This document shows, piece after piece, positions 44,690 to 44,764 of a DNA stretch of 44,764 bases. The DNA comes from Amoebophrya sp. A120. Its lineage: Eukaryota; Protista; Dinoflagellata. The notes under the pieces are model-generated. The model saw nothing but the letters and a program-made list of their open reading frames with translations, was not told the DNA's origin and ran no database searches. Location of the stretch: the NCBI GenBank assembly GCA_905178155.1, contig CAJINV010000023.1, forward strand, positions 83,228 to 127,991. The letters are read 5' to 3'. Position 1 is the first letter of the stretch, and each line of letters begins with the position of its first letter. Position numbers and translations under genes: made by a program.

Positions 44690-44764
44690 GCTTTGCTTTT
44701 GGCTCTTTGCTTTTGGCTCTTTGCTTTTGGCTCTTTGCTTTTGGCTCTTTGCTTTTGGCTCTTT
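44690..44764. repeat. 14-bp satellite variant (CTTTGCTTTTGGCT)n running off the window
   Basis: Direct reading. Confidence 0.95.

Overview
Eukaryotic (protist-type) genomic DNA, not prokaryotic. From 0.2 to 29.5 kb the + strand genes are interrupted by about 50 short elements (mostly 110-360 bp) from at least 8 sequence families. Almost all start TAT and end ATA, carry 20-55 bp terminal inverted repeats (TIRs) and are flanked by a 5-bp target-site duplication (TSD), which is perfect in 32 cases by my manual count. Removing an element plus one TSD copy restores the reading frame at the junctions I read through, although most junctions offer no GT-AG pair. They therefore look like non-canonical, DNA-transposon-derived introns (introners), resembling those described in the parasitic dinoflagellate Amoebophrya; the taxon is my inference. 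Manual splicing recovers one or two long Arg/Ser-rich low-complexity proteins, a 356-aa stand-alone shikimate dehydrogenase of the bacterial SdhL type, and a single-TM protein. Unusual features include: empty-site paralogues, a motif (GCAT[G/T/C]ACA) repeated across unrelated families, insertion in both orientations, a nested introner, back-to-back introners, kb-scale cargo inside introners, and a duplicated SdhL 3' end with different introners at the same site. From about 32 kb the window is repeat-rich, with a TAGGG..CCCTA foldback element and 13/14-bp satellites; the very long ORFs there are artefacts. All coordinates were read by eye.
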